Assembly (NCBI GenBank): GCA_016930435.1
Contig: JAFGGQ010000096.1
Location: 2,662-66,661 of the forward strand
Length of the DNA stretch: 64,000 nt
Source: a bacterium
Lineage (GTDB): Bacteria; UBP14; UBA6098; JAFGQG01
Reading direction: 5' to 3'
Shown: piece after piece, positions 19,862 to 30,024 of the stretch
Position numbering within the stretch: the first letter of the stretch is position 1
Layout: each line of letters starts with the position of its first letter
Made by a program: the position numbers and the translations under genes
Notes under the pieces: model-generated
Told to the model about the DNA's origin: nothing
Database searches by the model: none
The model's input: only the letters and a program-made list of their open reading frames with translations

Positions 19862-20734
19862 TTATCTAACCTGGGTCAGTTTATAGCCTTTATCCTGCAG
19901 GAGTTTTATTACCCCTTCTGAGCCGCCCAGATGACCAGCGCCGACCGCAACAAAGACATTGCCTTGCCGGATAAATTTCTCCATTCTGGAAGCCATCACA
20001 TAATTGCGCCGGGTAATCAAATTATCATAAAAATCCTGGTAATCTTCCTCCACCAGTTCCTGGTTCATGAACCTGGTCAGGGCTTCTACATCACCCCGGA
20101 GGTAAAGCTCAATCATCTTTTCCAGGACAACTTCAAACTGCTCGTATTCGTTCACGGACTGTTCCAGCATAATGATCTGTTCCTCCAGGCTAAGCCCGTC
20201 GAAAACGACGATCTGTTCTTTGATGGTTTCCAATCCTCCGGTTTCCTTTTCCATTTCCTGCGCTTTTTTATAAAGCATCTGGTCCATGGGGTCACCCGCA
20301 TCGGGCGGCAGGGCGATAAGACTGAACAATACCCAGGGTTTCAGGCTCTCAAACATCATAATATCCTGCCCCTTCTCCGTGAGAATATCGCTTACCTGTT
20401 GGTAGAGTTCGGGGGTCATCAGATCGCTTAGGGTTTTACCATCCGGGAGGAGCATCAGGGTTCCCAGCTCGGCCATGTTCACATCTCCAAGGTCCACTTC
20501 CATTACATACGCCGAAGCCTCATCGAAAACACGGGTAACCGATTCGGGCAGTTCGGTGACCCTGGGATCGGGCAGATGGATGGTACCGAAAAGGTAGGTT
20601 GGTTTATCTCCATCGATTTTCCATAGCAAAGGACCGGGTTCCCTTGTCAGTTGGCCTTTGGTAGAGCAACCCCCTAAAATCAGCAGTACCAGAAATAACC
20701 AAATTATCCATTTTGGGTATTTTGTTTTTAACAC
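19862..20734 (-). CDS. TraB/GumN family protein
   Basis: Lipoprotein-like N-terminus; C-terminal ...VFVAVGAGHLGGSEGVIKLL... TraB/GumN hallmark. Confidence 0.7.
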   Translation of the reverse strand: MLKTKYPKWIIWLFLVLLILGGCSTKGQLTREPGPLLWKIDGDKPTYLFGTIHLPDPRVTELPESVTRVFDEASAYVMEVDLGDVNMAELGTLMLLPDGKTLSDLMTPELYQQVSDILTEKGQDIMMFESLKPWVLFSLIALPPDAGDPMDQMLYKKAQEMEKETGGLETIKEQIVVFDGLSLEEQIIMLEQSVNEYEQFEVVLEKMIELYLRGDVEALTRFMNQELVEEDYQDFYDNLITRRNYVMASRMEKFIRQGNVFVAVGAGHLGGSEGVIKLLQDKGYKLTQVR

Positions 20735-20777
20735 TATGCCTCCATAAATTTTTTAGAATTTTGATAGAAAAGAACAT

Positions 20778-21428
20778 TTACATTTTCTTGCCGGCATTTC
20801 GCCAATCGGCCAGAAATTTTTCGATGCCTATATCGGTTAGGGGATGTTTGAACATTTGTTTTAGCACCTTGAATGGTATTGTAGCGACATCGGCGCCCAT
20901 CAGGGCGGCCTCCAGTACATGGAGTGGATGGCGTACGCTAGCCACAAGGACTTCAGTTTCAAAAATATAATTATCATAAATAGTGACGATGTCGTTCACG
21001 ATGTCCATTCCCTGGTGGCTGATATCGTCCAGGCGGCCGACGAATGGGGACACGAACCGGGCACCTGCCTTAGCCGCCATCAGGGCCTGAAGCGGCGAAA
21101 AGATCAGGGTCACATTCACCCCGATACCCTCTCCCGAAAGGGTCTTGGTTACCCTCAAGCCATCCGGGGTAAAGGGCACCTTTATAACGATATTGCTGTG
21201 AATACCGGCCAGATCACGGGCCTCCCGGAGCATCCCGTCCACCTCCTCGGAAACTACCTCCGCACTGATTGGACCGTCAACGATCTCCACAATCTGGTTC
21301 AGCAGTTCCTTATAGTCCCTGGACTCTTTGGCTACCAGGGAAGGATTGGTGGTAACGCCATCCAATACTCCCCACGAAGCCGCAGCTTTTATCTGCTCAA
21401 TATTTGCGGTGTCGATAAAAAATTTCAT
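20778..21428 (-). CDS. tal: transaldolase / fructose-6-phosphate aldolase family (short form)
   Basis: [16 protein letters not shown]...GVTTNPSLV...; 216 aa TIM-barrel short transaldolase. Confidence 0.85.
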   Translation of the reverse strand: MKFFIDTANIEQIKAAASWGVLDGVTTNPSLVAKESRDYKELLNQIVEIVDGPISAEVVSEEVDGMLREARDLAGIHSNIVIKVPFTPDGLRVTKTLSGEGIGVNVTLIFSPLQALMAAKAGARFVSPFVGRLDDISHQGMDIVNDIVTIYDNYIFETEVLVASVRHPLHVLEAALMGADVATIPFKVLKQMFKHPLTDIGIEKFLADWRNAGKKM

Positions 21429-21521
21429 GAAAAATCCTCCCTTCGTTAATTTACCTGGTGACTGAATATATTTATATAAATATTCCGCTATTTTTCAAAG
21501 TCAATAATAATCCACGTATAT

Positions 21522-22250
21522 TCAATAATTAACCTTAACCAGGGTCAAGCCTTGGGGTGGAGCAAATCCGAAATGAACCTTTCGCTCTCCGGTGTACAGT
21601 GTTTCTTCGAACTGCTCAGGGGATATCTTACCCCGGGCAACCTCGATCATTGCTCCGACCAATCCGCGCACAAGACCATGCAAGAAGCGGTCGCCCTCGA
21701 TCTCATAAACTACCGAGTCCTGTTCCAGTATCCAGATCGACCGGTAAATACTGCAGTTCCGATTTTCTTTTTCCCTGATGTTTTTTGCAAAGCCACCCAT
21801 ATCATGTGAACCCGTCATTTTCTGTGCCAGGAGTGGAAGGAGGTCATAATCGATCTTCCACTTTAGGTACCAGCTATAATCACGCAGGAGCGGAAATTTA
21901 GTCAGGTTTATGCTATAGCGGTATAGTTTGCTTAAAGCTGAAAACCGTGCATTGAAGTCTTCCTTCACGTATTCCGCGTTTCGAATAGCGATATCTTCGG
22001 GGAGGAAGGCGTTGAGACGTTGCATCAGATTTATGGGGGAGGTTCGACGTTCGGTGAGGAAGTTTGCTACCTGCCCCTGGGCATGAACGCCTGCATCGGT
22101 GCGCGATGCGCCGGTTAACCTTAGCTGCGTTCCCATAAGCAGCGATAATTTTTCCTCGATAATCCCCTGAACGGTCCTGTGGTGAGGTTGTTTTTGCCAT
22201 CCCTGATAGGCAGCTCCGTCATATTCTATGGTCAATTTAAGGTTATACAT
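21522..22250 (-). CDS. truA: tRNA pseudouridine(38-40) synthase TruA
   Basis: ...LTGASRTDAGVHAQGQVANF... catalytic Asp motif; 242 aa. Confidence 0.9.
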   Translation of the reverse strand: MYNLKLTIEYDGAAYQGWQKQPHHRTVQGIIEEKLSLLMGTQLRLTGASRTDAGVHAQGQVANFLTERRTSPINLMQRLNAFLPEDIAIRNAEYVKEDFNARFSALSKLYRYSINLTKFPLLRDYSWYLKWKIDYDLLPLLAQKMTGSHDMGGFAKNIREKENRNCSIYRSIWILEQDSVVYEIEGDRFLHGLVRGLVGAMIEVARGKISPEQFEETLYTGERKVHFGFAPPQGLTLVKVNY

Positions 22251-22256
22251 TGCGCT

Positions 22257-23051
22257 TTAGAAGGTCATTTTAAAATAAACCAATCCGGTCAGCAAGGATC
22301 CGGTAAGTAAGGTGAGTATCCAGTCGCCGGTATGGTATTTGAGGGGTTTATAATAAGTACGGGGATGGTCGGGGGTGTATGCTCTGACCTCCAGGGCAAG
22401 TGACAGGGTTTCTGCTCTTCTGAAGGATTGAGCAAAGAGGGGGATAATCAGGGGGAGCAATGCTTTGATGCGCTTGAGCAAGCCCCCTCCAAACCGTGCT
22501 CCCCGGGCCAACTGGGCCTTGCGGGTGTTCTCAATCTCATCTATCATGGTAGGGATGAACCGGAGGGCGATCATCATCATCAGGGTAAAATTGCGGACCG
22601 GTATCCCCCTTCTGTTAAGGGGCTCCAGAAACCTTTCCAGGGCATTTGTAAATTCGATGGGTTGCGTAGTCCAGGTTAAAAGCGCTCCGGAAAATACCAG
22701 TAGAAACAGACGCAGAGAAAACAGCAACCCGTTCCAGGCACCCTCCAGTGAAACGGAGAACCAGTGCCATTGATAACCCCCTTCTGCCGGTGTAAATATG
22801 AGATGCACTAAAAAGGTTATATAGAAGAACAACCGGAAGGTACGAACCAGGGTCAAAAGATTCACAAGATGCAGTTTCGCCATGATCATCAATATGAAAA
22901 GGACCAATAAACCCGCCAGATGGGTTTCAATACTGTTGAAGAGAATAAAAAAGCTGACTAATACCAGAAAAAACAGGAATTTGCTCCGGGGATCCAGGCG
23001 GTGAATTACGGAATCACGGGGAAGATATTGTCCCAAAGTAAGGTTTCTCAT
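22257..23051 (-). CDS. ecfT: energy-coupling factor transporter transmembrane component EcfT (CbiQ family)
   Basis: Polytopic; conserved ...ARGARFGGG...RIKALLPLIIPLFAQSFRRAETLSLALEVRAY... EcfT C-terminal motif; classic ecfT-truA adjacency. Confidence 0.8.
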   Translation of the reverse strand: MRNLTLGQYLPRDSVIHRLDPRSKFLFFLVLVSFFILFNSIETHLAGLLVLFILMIMAKLHLVNLLTLVRTFRLFFYITFLVHLIFTPAEGGYQWHWFSVSLEGAWNGLLFSLRLFLLVFSGALLTWTTQPIEFTNALERFLEPLNRRGIPVRNFTLMMMIALRFIPTMIDEIENTRKAQLARGARFGGGLLKRIKALLPLIIPLFAQSFRRAETLSLALEVRAYTPDHPRTYYKPLKYHTGDWILTLLTGSLLTGLVYFKMTF

Positions 23052-23298
23052 AGAATTTATCTTAAAAAGGATAAAGTATTCATACTGTTCTTAAGAAACA
23101 AGGAATTTTAAATATATCTTAACTCAACAAATTGCCAACATAATTTTACTGAAATTTAGGTCTGTCAATTTATTATATTTTGGAATCAATACTTTCTTTT
23201 TTAAAAAACTTAGAAAAGTGATATTATGGTTTGTTTTTGTTTATACTCAAATTCCTTCTTTTCTTGACATGCCGGCGGTTTATATTTAATTATTTTTT

Positions 23299-24039
23299 AT
23301 GACCACTTTCGATGAAAGGCGCACACTGGAGGAGCAATTATCCGTTGCCTTGGAGCGTCATCTTTTCAAGAATGACGGTAATCCGTTTTACATTTGCCCG
23401 ACGGGTATTGAATTCGTGCTGGAACATTCTGAAGGGAGGGAGTTTCTCAGTCGATTACGGGGGCATACAGATGCGACCGATCCCACAGGTACCTCATTTA
23501 TTTACTTTCCGGACCGCATTGTGATAGATACGGTAGGCAGGAGGGCTTTCTGGTTGGAGCTGAAGGTAATGAAGCGCAGCCCCCGGGTGAGCACAAAGAT
23601 GATCCTTAAGCGGTCTCATCCCCGGTATGACAATATTCATCCGGAGAAGTGGGTGAAACTTCAGCCCTTCCTGATCCCGGAGTACTGGGGAGTAATTGAG
23701 CGCCGCGCTCTGGATAATTACCGGCGGCTTTGTCGCTCTATTGGTGACCGCTCACTGATGCTGATCGTTTACGCCGACTTTCATCCCCACAGACTGATCG
23801 CTATCTGGGAGCAGGATATGGTCAAGCTTTATGAGCAGGACCGTGAGCTGTTCCCGGACAGTAACCGGGAAAACGTTCAAAGTACCCGTGGTTCGGGAAC
23901 CCCCTGGGCGAATGTATCGCTTGGCAATTTTCTGCCCCTGGAAAGTTTTTTGGTCAAAAATACCGCCAACAAGGAGTACTGGAAAAGAAATCAACCGGGT
24001 GAAAAGATGCGTATGATTTTGGGAGAATTGGGGGGATAG
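23299..24039 (+). CDS. hypothetical protein, possible PD-(D/E)xK nuclease fold
   Basis: ...FIYFPDRIVIDTVGRRAFWLELKVMK... contains hPD...(14 aa)...ELK arrangement; no other recognisable domain. Confidence 0.4.
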   Translation: MTTFDERRTLEEQLSVALERHLFKNDGNPFYICPTGIEFVLEHSEGREFLSRLRGHTDATDPTGTSFIYFPDRIVIDTVGRRAFWLELKVMKRSPRVSTKMILKRSHPRYDNIHPEKWVKLQPFLIPEYWGVIERRALDNYRRLCRSIGDRSLMLIVYADFHPHRLIAIWEQDMVKLYEQDRELFPDSNRENVQSTRGSGTPWANVSLGNFLPLESFLVKNTANKEYWKRNQPGEKMRMILGELGG

Positions 24040-24067
24040 ACCGGACCCCCGCAAGGGAGCCCGGCCA

Positions 24068-24179
24068 CCGTTTAAACCGGTTTAATTTAGCCGAAATTAA
24101 CTATAATGCCTGAAATATCGAAAAACAGGTTCCTCAAATATATAACTCATATTCAACATTATCAACTGCATTTTACGGG
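24068..24179 (+). mobile_element. MITE-like dispersed repeat, family B copy 1
   Basis: Shares CCGTTTAAT...CTATAATGCCTGAAATATCGAAAAACAGG...TTCATCAAATATATAACTCATATTCAACATTATCAACTGCATTTTACGGG with 29884-29986 and 49318-49499; imperfect terminal inverted repeats CCCGTTTAAT / ATTTTACGGG. Confidence 0.55.
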
Positions 24180-24186
24180 TAAAAAG

Positions 24187-26109
24187 CTACTTCAATAGGA
24201 CCATCTTCCGGTTGAGCGTCCCGCCGGCTGACTCCAGCCTGTAAAAATAAATACCTCCTGTAACATCGTTCCCGGATTGATCCAGGCCATCCCAGAGTAT
24301 CTCGCCATTATAATTTTTGAGGTCGAACATACGCACGGTCTGACCATCGATTGCGTAAATGGTCAGCTTGCCGTCCTGAAACCGGGGATGTTCATAGATG
24401 ATCCGTGTAGCGGCATTGAATGGGTTGGGAACATTATAGAGCAGGCTATAATCAGAGGGTAATGCTGCCCTTTCTCCAATAGTCTCCATGCTCAGGTCGC
24501 ATTCAGCTGCCTGCCAGATGAGATAATTGTTATCATCCTGGATAAATGCTACGATGATTATTTCATCCTCATCCCAGGCGGATTCAATCGTAAAGCTAAA
24601 CTCATATTCCCGGGATTCGTCCCGAACCAGGTCCAGCTCCGTTCCCTCGAAATCGGTTACCACGTCGCGAACTGTATGATATAAATGGGTTTGGGGAACA
24701 TCGCCAGGATTCCAGCTATAGGCTATCTCACTCTCGATCACTGCCAACCGGAGAAACTGGTTATTCAGGGCCGGCGGATCATTGTCCATCGTGACGTTAA
24801 CCGTAAAATGGACGTCTCTGCCCTCGATGGAATTCACCGAAAGGTTGAGCATATAAGGACTGCTTAGTTCCTGTATATCCCGGAAAGCCCCTAAGTACTG
24901 GGGATAGCCGTAATCGTATGATTCGGGGTATCCGCCGCTGAACTCTATTATCCCGTTTACCCATACATCGGGGTAGCCGGAGACATCGTAGTAGTCTGCA
25001 GCCGGCACGGCATCAATCAGGTAATATGGATCTGAACCGAAAGACAGGGTGGTATGGTAAACAATTATTATCACTGAATCCTCCAGGTCTTCATAAAGCA
25101 TGTGCAGTCCTTCGGATGCCCGTGGGCAATAATAGCATCCCACCGCAGTAAATTCCTGGAAGATGGGTTGCATGTAATTGGTATATGCATACAGAGAGAC
25201 CTGCTGGGTATCGTTACCCGCAAATTCATCTGTTGTCAGATCCGTGAATGCTTTAATCTCGTATGCATCACCGGGATTGGCCATGAAACTGGCGAATTCA
25301 ACACTTCTTGAAGCCCCCGGGGCTAATGCGGAAATAGTCTGTGTATCAGCCATCACAACCGTTCCGAACCTTTCCACCAGGCAGATCACATCGAATGTCT
25401 CGGTATTTATCCCGGGATTCATGAATACCGCCTCCGGGGCGAGGTATTCACCAGGGCTGATAAAAATATCATCGTATATGATCTCATTGCAGGATACATC
25501 ATGATCCAATGGAACCATGATGGCAACGTCGTCGATATACCAAACATCGCCGTCGGCGCCTTCATATTTAAAAGCCACATAGATGGTGCCTGAATGCCCG
25601 GTGATAGTTATAGGAGGAACCGGGTTCCATTCGTAATCAGAGAAGGTATCGATCTCGGCAATCTCTACAAAATCACCGTCTCCGGGGTTCCCGGAACCGT
25701 CAGACACCCACACTCCATGATAACGGTAATCAAATGTATAGAGAGTGTACTGGAAAAAGTTCAGAATAGGATTTATTCCCAACGGAACGGTCAGTGGAGG
25801 TGAAACCAACCATCCTTCAAGATTGGAGATATTCCAATTGTGAACATAGGAATAATCGCCCGTATTCGCTTCGTAGTTAGTAGGTTCCCATTCCACGGCA
25901 GTAGCGCCAAGGACATAAACACTCCAGTCATCACGCTCAGATGCAGTCTCAAAACTGGTGATATAAGGCAGGGTTTCATCGAGAGGAGCAAAACTACGAT
26001 CTGGTTCAGGATGGTTAACCAGGCTGCTTGAACCCACCGTAAGCTTATCGGCCCATAACAAGCCGACCAGGAATATTACAATTACCATCACAAAAATCAG
26101 CTTTTTCAT
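24187..26109 (-). CDS. secreted hypothetical protein with T9SS C-terminal sorting domain
   Basis: Start chosen at MKKLIFVMV (AAGGAG 8 nt upstream) rather than ORF-track 26154; C-terminal ...YNVPNPFNAATRIIYE...GGIYFYRL... CTD. Confidence 0.6.
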   Translation of the reverse strand: MKKLIFVMVIVIFLVGLLWADKLTVGSSSLVNHPEPDRSFAPLDETLPYITSFETASERDDWSVYVLGATAVEWEPTNYEANTGDYSYVHNWNISNLEGWLVSPPLTVPLGINPILNFFQYTLYTFDYRYHGVWVSDGSGNPGDGDFVEIAEIDTFSDYEWNPVPPITITGHSGTIYVAFKYEGADGDVWYIDDVAIMVPLDHDVSCNEIIYDDIFISPGEYLAPEAVFMNPGINTETFDVICLVERFGTVVMADTQTISALAPGASRSVEFASFMANPGDAYEIKAFTDLTTDEFAGNDTQQVSLYAYTNYMQPIFQEFTAVGCYYCPRASEGLHMLYEDLEDSVIIIVYHTTLSFGSDPYYLIDAVPAADYYDVSGYPDVWVNGIIEFSGGYPESYDYGYPQYLGAFRDIQELSSPYMLNLSVNSIEGRDVHFTVNVTMDNDPPALNNQFLRLAVIESEIAYSWNPGDVPQTHLYHTVRDVVTDFEGTELDLVRDESREYEFSFTIESAWDEDEIIIVAFIQDDNNYLIWQAAECDLSMETIGERAALPSDYSLLYNVPNPFNAATRIIYEHPRFQDGKLTIYAIDGQTVRMFDLKNYNGEILWDGLDQSGNDVTGGIYFYRLESAGGTLNRKMVLLK

Positions 26110-26170
26110 ACAAAACTCCTTCTTTAAATGTTGTTGCCCCTCTCTGAACACCAATGGGCATTATAACTCA

Positions 26171-26653
26171 TCAAAATTTCATTATAAACTCAGCATCGTA
26201 GGCAACGATCTGGACATTCCCATCCCGGTTAGCCAGGACAAATTTCTCGGAATGGGAACCATTGACCTTTTGGCCTGTTCTATATTCAATGACCTCGCTC
26301 TTGGCAATATGAACGTTCGCTTGCTCCCCTTGAATCTCTATTTTCTGCTCCTCGATAGTGTAATGATAAGAATCAATAGCCATGAAAATCATGGACATTT
26401 GCTGGTTGAACTGGCCCTTGGTGAATTTCATCTGCTGCTCACCCATCTTAAGATTAACCTGTATTCCATCTGCCATGGCGCCGGTAATGAAACCGGCATT
26501 CTTTTGTGCATAAGCCTCATTGAGGTCTTTGATAAAACGATGTATCCCCCTTTCGGTAAAGGGGTAACTGGTCTTATCACCGGAACAGGTTAGTGTTAAT
26601 AGCCCCAATCCAAGCAACAGCAATAGCGATTTGGTATAGTACTTTCTTAACAT
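26171..26653 (-). CDS. hypothetical lipoprotein (NTF2/SnoaL-like fold suspected)
   Basis: Lipobox LLTLTCSG; 160 aa. Confidence 0.45.
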   Translation of the reverse strand: MLRKYYTKSLLLLLGLGLLTLTCSGDKTSYPFTERGIHRFIKDLNEAYAQKNAGFITGAMADGIQVNLKMGEQQMKFTKGQFNQQMSMIFMAIDSYHYTIEEQKIEIQGEQANVHIAKSEVIEYRTGQKVNGSHSEKFVLANRDGNVQIVAYDAEFIMKF

Positions 26654-26974
26654 ACTTATCTCGCTTTGTTTGTTATTTTTATTAAAATTGATGCCCTCTT
26701 AAAAAGCCGTAATTTCATAGACCTAATTTATTGGAGTAAGTTATTTTGAATTTAATAGTTGGCAAGTTAAATTTTCTTCTTTTCCTTGGCACCATTATTT
26801 TGCAATCGATGTTCGTATTTTTGGTACTTTTACAACAGTGATTGACAGCTTGAATCCCTATTTAGCTCCGATATCAGCAGACTCCCATCCGGGGAATATA
26901 ATTTTATTGTCAAATTCCAAGTTGTTTCTATATTATCGGGATAATAAACAACCTTAATCTAAAAGTGAAATAAA

Positions 26975-28879
26975 ATGCAACTTATCAAATTAGCTTTATT
27001 GACTATAGTGCTACTATCGACCTTTTGTTTTTCTTATACCCAGTACACCGAAATGGTTCCGATGAGGGACGGTGTTCATCTGGCTACCGAGGTCTATCTC
27101 CCCAGTTATATGCCCGAACCCTTTCCGGTGATCCTGGAACGAACCCCTTATAACCGTCACATTGACACCCTTCAGGTAGGGATTATTACCGATTACTACC
27201 GTTATATTTATGTTGTGCAGAATCTGAGGGGGCGCTACGAGTCTGAGGGGGAGCCTCAAATTTTTCTATCGGATGCCTGGGGCGACCTTAAGGATGGTTA
27301 CGATTGCCTGGAGTGGGTGGAGGCTCAGGAGTGGTGTGATGGGAATATTGGAATGTTTGGGGCTTCTGCTCCTGGGATGACCCAGTATATGGCCGCCGGC
27401 GCGCTACATCCTGCCCTGAAGTGCATGGCTCCGCTTTTTGCAGGGCCGTCTATCTATCATTATGTAGCCTATAACGCCGGCTGTTTCCGCAAAGCCCTGG
27501 TGGAAACCTGGCTCTCATCGGTCTCCGAGACCGGACTCATAGATACCGTCGCTGCCTATTATAATTACGGACCCTTTTGGGAGTTTACCAATCTCGCCGA
27601 ACGCTACGACTCGGTTAATGTACCCGCATTCCATGCCACCGGATGGTACGACATGTACACGGACGGGCAGCTGGAGGTCTTTACCGAACTGCAGAGCCGG
27701 TGGGGCAACCAGAAGATCCTTATCACCCCTTATGGCCATTCTAATATTGGTAACCGGCATCAGGGAGACCTCCTGTTCCCCCTCAACGCGGAACGGGACG
27801 AGCTCGAACTTGCCCTGGTAGCAGTGCGCTGGTATGATTATTGGCTTCAAGGCGATTCCACCGAGATTATGGACGAGGACCCGGTAATCTATTACCTTAC
27901 CGGCGACTGTGATACCGACGACACAACCCAATGGAATAAATGGCTCACTGCAGTATCCTGGCCGGTTCCCGGGATGGAATACGTTACCTATTACCTCCTT
28001 GATGAGGGATCCCTGGATACCCTGATGCCCTTCAGCGATGGAGCCGATACTATTTTCTATGACCCGGCTAACCCCTGCCCGACTATCGGCGGTAGAGAAT
28101 ATATCGGCCTGACCAGCGGTTATGGCCCCAAAGACCAACAGCCAATCGAGGGCAGACCGGACGTCTTGATCTATACTACACCAACGCTTCTTAACCCCGT
28201 TAAGATGATTGGTAAGATTACCATGTCCCTTTATGCCTCCTCTAACTGCCTTGATACCGATTTTACGGTCAGAATTACCGATGTTTACCCTGATGGCCGC
28301 TCAATTTTAATGACCGATAACATAGTCAAGGCCAGGCACCGCAACGGTCTGGATATAGAAGAGCCGCTTACACCGGGTGAAATATATGCTTTCGATATTG
28401 ACGTCTGGAGCCTTGCCCACGTTTTTAATGCCGGACACCGGATCCGGGTGATTATCTCATCCTCTAATTACCCCCGCTTCGAGAAAAATCCCAACACAGG
28501 CGCGCCACCTGTCAGGAATGACCCGAATATGCTGATAGCTATCAATTCCATCTACCGCTCCCAACTATACCCATCCCGGATCCGTTTCCCTATAATATCC
28601 ACCGATACATCTCTGGTGGTCGATTACCGAAATCTGCCCTCAAACCTGAAAGTAAAATGCTTCCCGAACCCATTTAATTCCTCTTTGATGATCGATGCCC
28701 CGGCGCTGGGGAAAATAAGGATTTACGATTTAAAGGGTAAATTGATCGAAGAAATTAATAGCGGATTATCCGGGGTGAAATTATGGAAACCAAAGGACCA
28801 TGTGCCTACAGGCTTATACCTGATAAATGTCCTGACTGAAAGGGGAATTGGAAATCATAAAGTCCTCTATTTAAAATAA
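26975..28879 (+). CDS. CocE/NonD family hydrolase (S15 Xaa-Pro dipeptidyl-peptidase-like) with T9SS C-terminal domain
   Basis: ...MVPMRDGVHLATEVYLP...ERTPYNR...; C-terminal ...CFPNPFNSSLMIDAP...GLYLINV... CTD. Confidence 0.8.
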   Translation: MQLIKLALLTIVLLSTFCFSYTQYTEMVPMRDGVHLATEVYLPSYMPEPFPVILERTPYNRHIDTLQVGIITDYYRYIYVVQNLRGRYESEGEPQIFLSDAWGDLKDGYDCLEWVEAQEWCDGNIGMFGASAPGMTQYMAAGALHPALKCMAPLFAGPSIYHYVAYNAGCFRKALVETWLSSVSETGLIDTVAAYYNYGPFWEFTNLAERYDSVNVPAFHATGWYDMYTDGQLEVFTELQSRWGNQKILITPYGHSNIGNRHQGDLLFPLNAERDELELALVAVRWYDYWLQGDSTEIMDEDPVIYYLTGDCDTDDTTQWNKWLTAVSWPVPGMEYVTYYLLDEGSLDTLMPFSDGADTIFYDPANPCPTIGGREYIGLTSGYGPKDQQPIEGRPDVLIYTTPTLLNPVKMIGKITMSLYASSNCLDTDFTVRITDVYPDGRSILMTDNIVKARHRNGLDIEEPLTPGEIYAFDIDVWSLAHVFNAGHRIRVIISSSNYPRFEKNPNTGAPPVRNDPNMLIAINSIYRSQLYPSRIRFPIISTDTSLVVDYRNLPSNLKVKCFPNPFNSSLMIDAPALGKIRIYDLKGKLIEEINSGLSGVKLWKPKDHVPTGLYLINVLTERGIGNHKVLYLK

Positions 28880-29078
28880 TCCTTCGAATTTTCTAAGCTA
28901 AAATGATGTGACAACCAAATTGCTATACATTATATTAACTATTCTACTGACATTATATTAAAAAAAGTCGTACAGGTATTCCATAGACCATCTGTTTAAG
29001 CCTATTGCACCTTATTTATTCTTGACAACAATCTGATACCCTATAAATTACTAATTAACCTTTTGAAAAGGAGTTGCA

Positions 29079-29879
29079 ATGAATAAGATAGGTTTTTATC
29101 TTCTGTCTGTTTTACTGATTGCGTCCATTTTGGGCTGCGCAAAGGAGGAAGATCCCAATCCCCCCTCTTTGCCCGGAACCGAGAGCTTCACCATAAATCT
29201 GACCACCTTCACCGAGGCTGCTCTATCCAAGCATTCCCCGCAATTATTTTGCGATGATTTTGATACTGCGGCAGTCCTGGTAGCGGTTTGGGGGACCATG
29301 ACCAATCTGGCATTCGCCCTTCCCCGCCTGGCTTTCGTGGTTGCTGTCACCCAGGACCCTGAGTACCTGGGCGACCTGACATGGACCTGGACCTTCGGCG
29401 CGGAATCCAATAATATCCAGTTACGCGGACAGGCGATCGACGAAGAGGACAGCGTGAACTGGGAAATGTATATAACCAATGCCGAACTGGATCATTTTCT
29501 CTGGTATGACGGGCGTTGTGATTACCATGCTACCGGAGGCTGGTGGCAGTTTTATAAGGATGACCTTCCCGCGGATTCAAACCACTTCATCAGGCTCAGC
29601 TGGCAGAAAAACGAAGGTGATACAACCGCTAACCTGCTGATAACAAACAATAACCTGTTCAGCGCCGAATATGGTGACAGCCTCAGTTATGAGATTGATG
29701 GAAATATGGGAACAGTCTGGCTGCGGGACGTTGACGGCGGCCGGCCCGGACGCTGGAATATCACCTGGGATATCAATCAGCATTTTGGCCGTATAGACTA
29801 TCCCGAAGGCGCATTCGGATGCTGGGATAATGACCTGGCATGCATAGAGTGTGATAGCCTGGATTGGCCTACCTATTGA
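29079..29879 (+). CDS. hypothetical lipoprotein
   Basis: Lipobox ILGCAKEE; SD AAAGGAG upstream; no recognisable domain. Confidence 0.45.
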   Translation: MNKIGFYLLSVLLIASILGCAKEEDPNPPSLPGTESFTINLTTFTEAALSKHSPQLFCDDFDTAAVLVAVWGTMTNLAFALPRLAFVVAVTQDPEYLGDLTWTWTFGAESNNIQLRGQAIDEEDSVNWEMYITNAELDHFLWYDGRCDYHATGGWWQFYKDDLPADSNHFIRLSWQKNEGDTTANLLITNNNLFSAEYGDSLSYEIDGNMGTVWLRDVDGGRPGRWNITWDINQHFGRIDYPEGAFGCWDNDLACIECDSLDWPTY

Positions 29880-29883
29880 TAAT

Positions 29884-29986
29884 CCCGTTTAATTCAGTTG
29901 AAGTTTACTATAATGCCTGAAATATCGAAAAATAGGTTCATCAAATATTTAACTTATATTCAACAATATTAACTGCATTTTACGGG
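29884..29986 (+). mobile_element. MITE-like dispersed repeat, family B copy 2
   Basis: 103 bp, see copy 1. Confidence 0.55.
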
Positions 29987-30024
29987 ATAATTACCCAAAC
30001 AACCCCTAAAAGCAAGGGAACATT

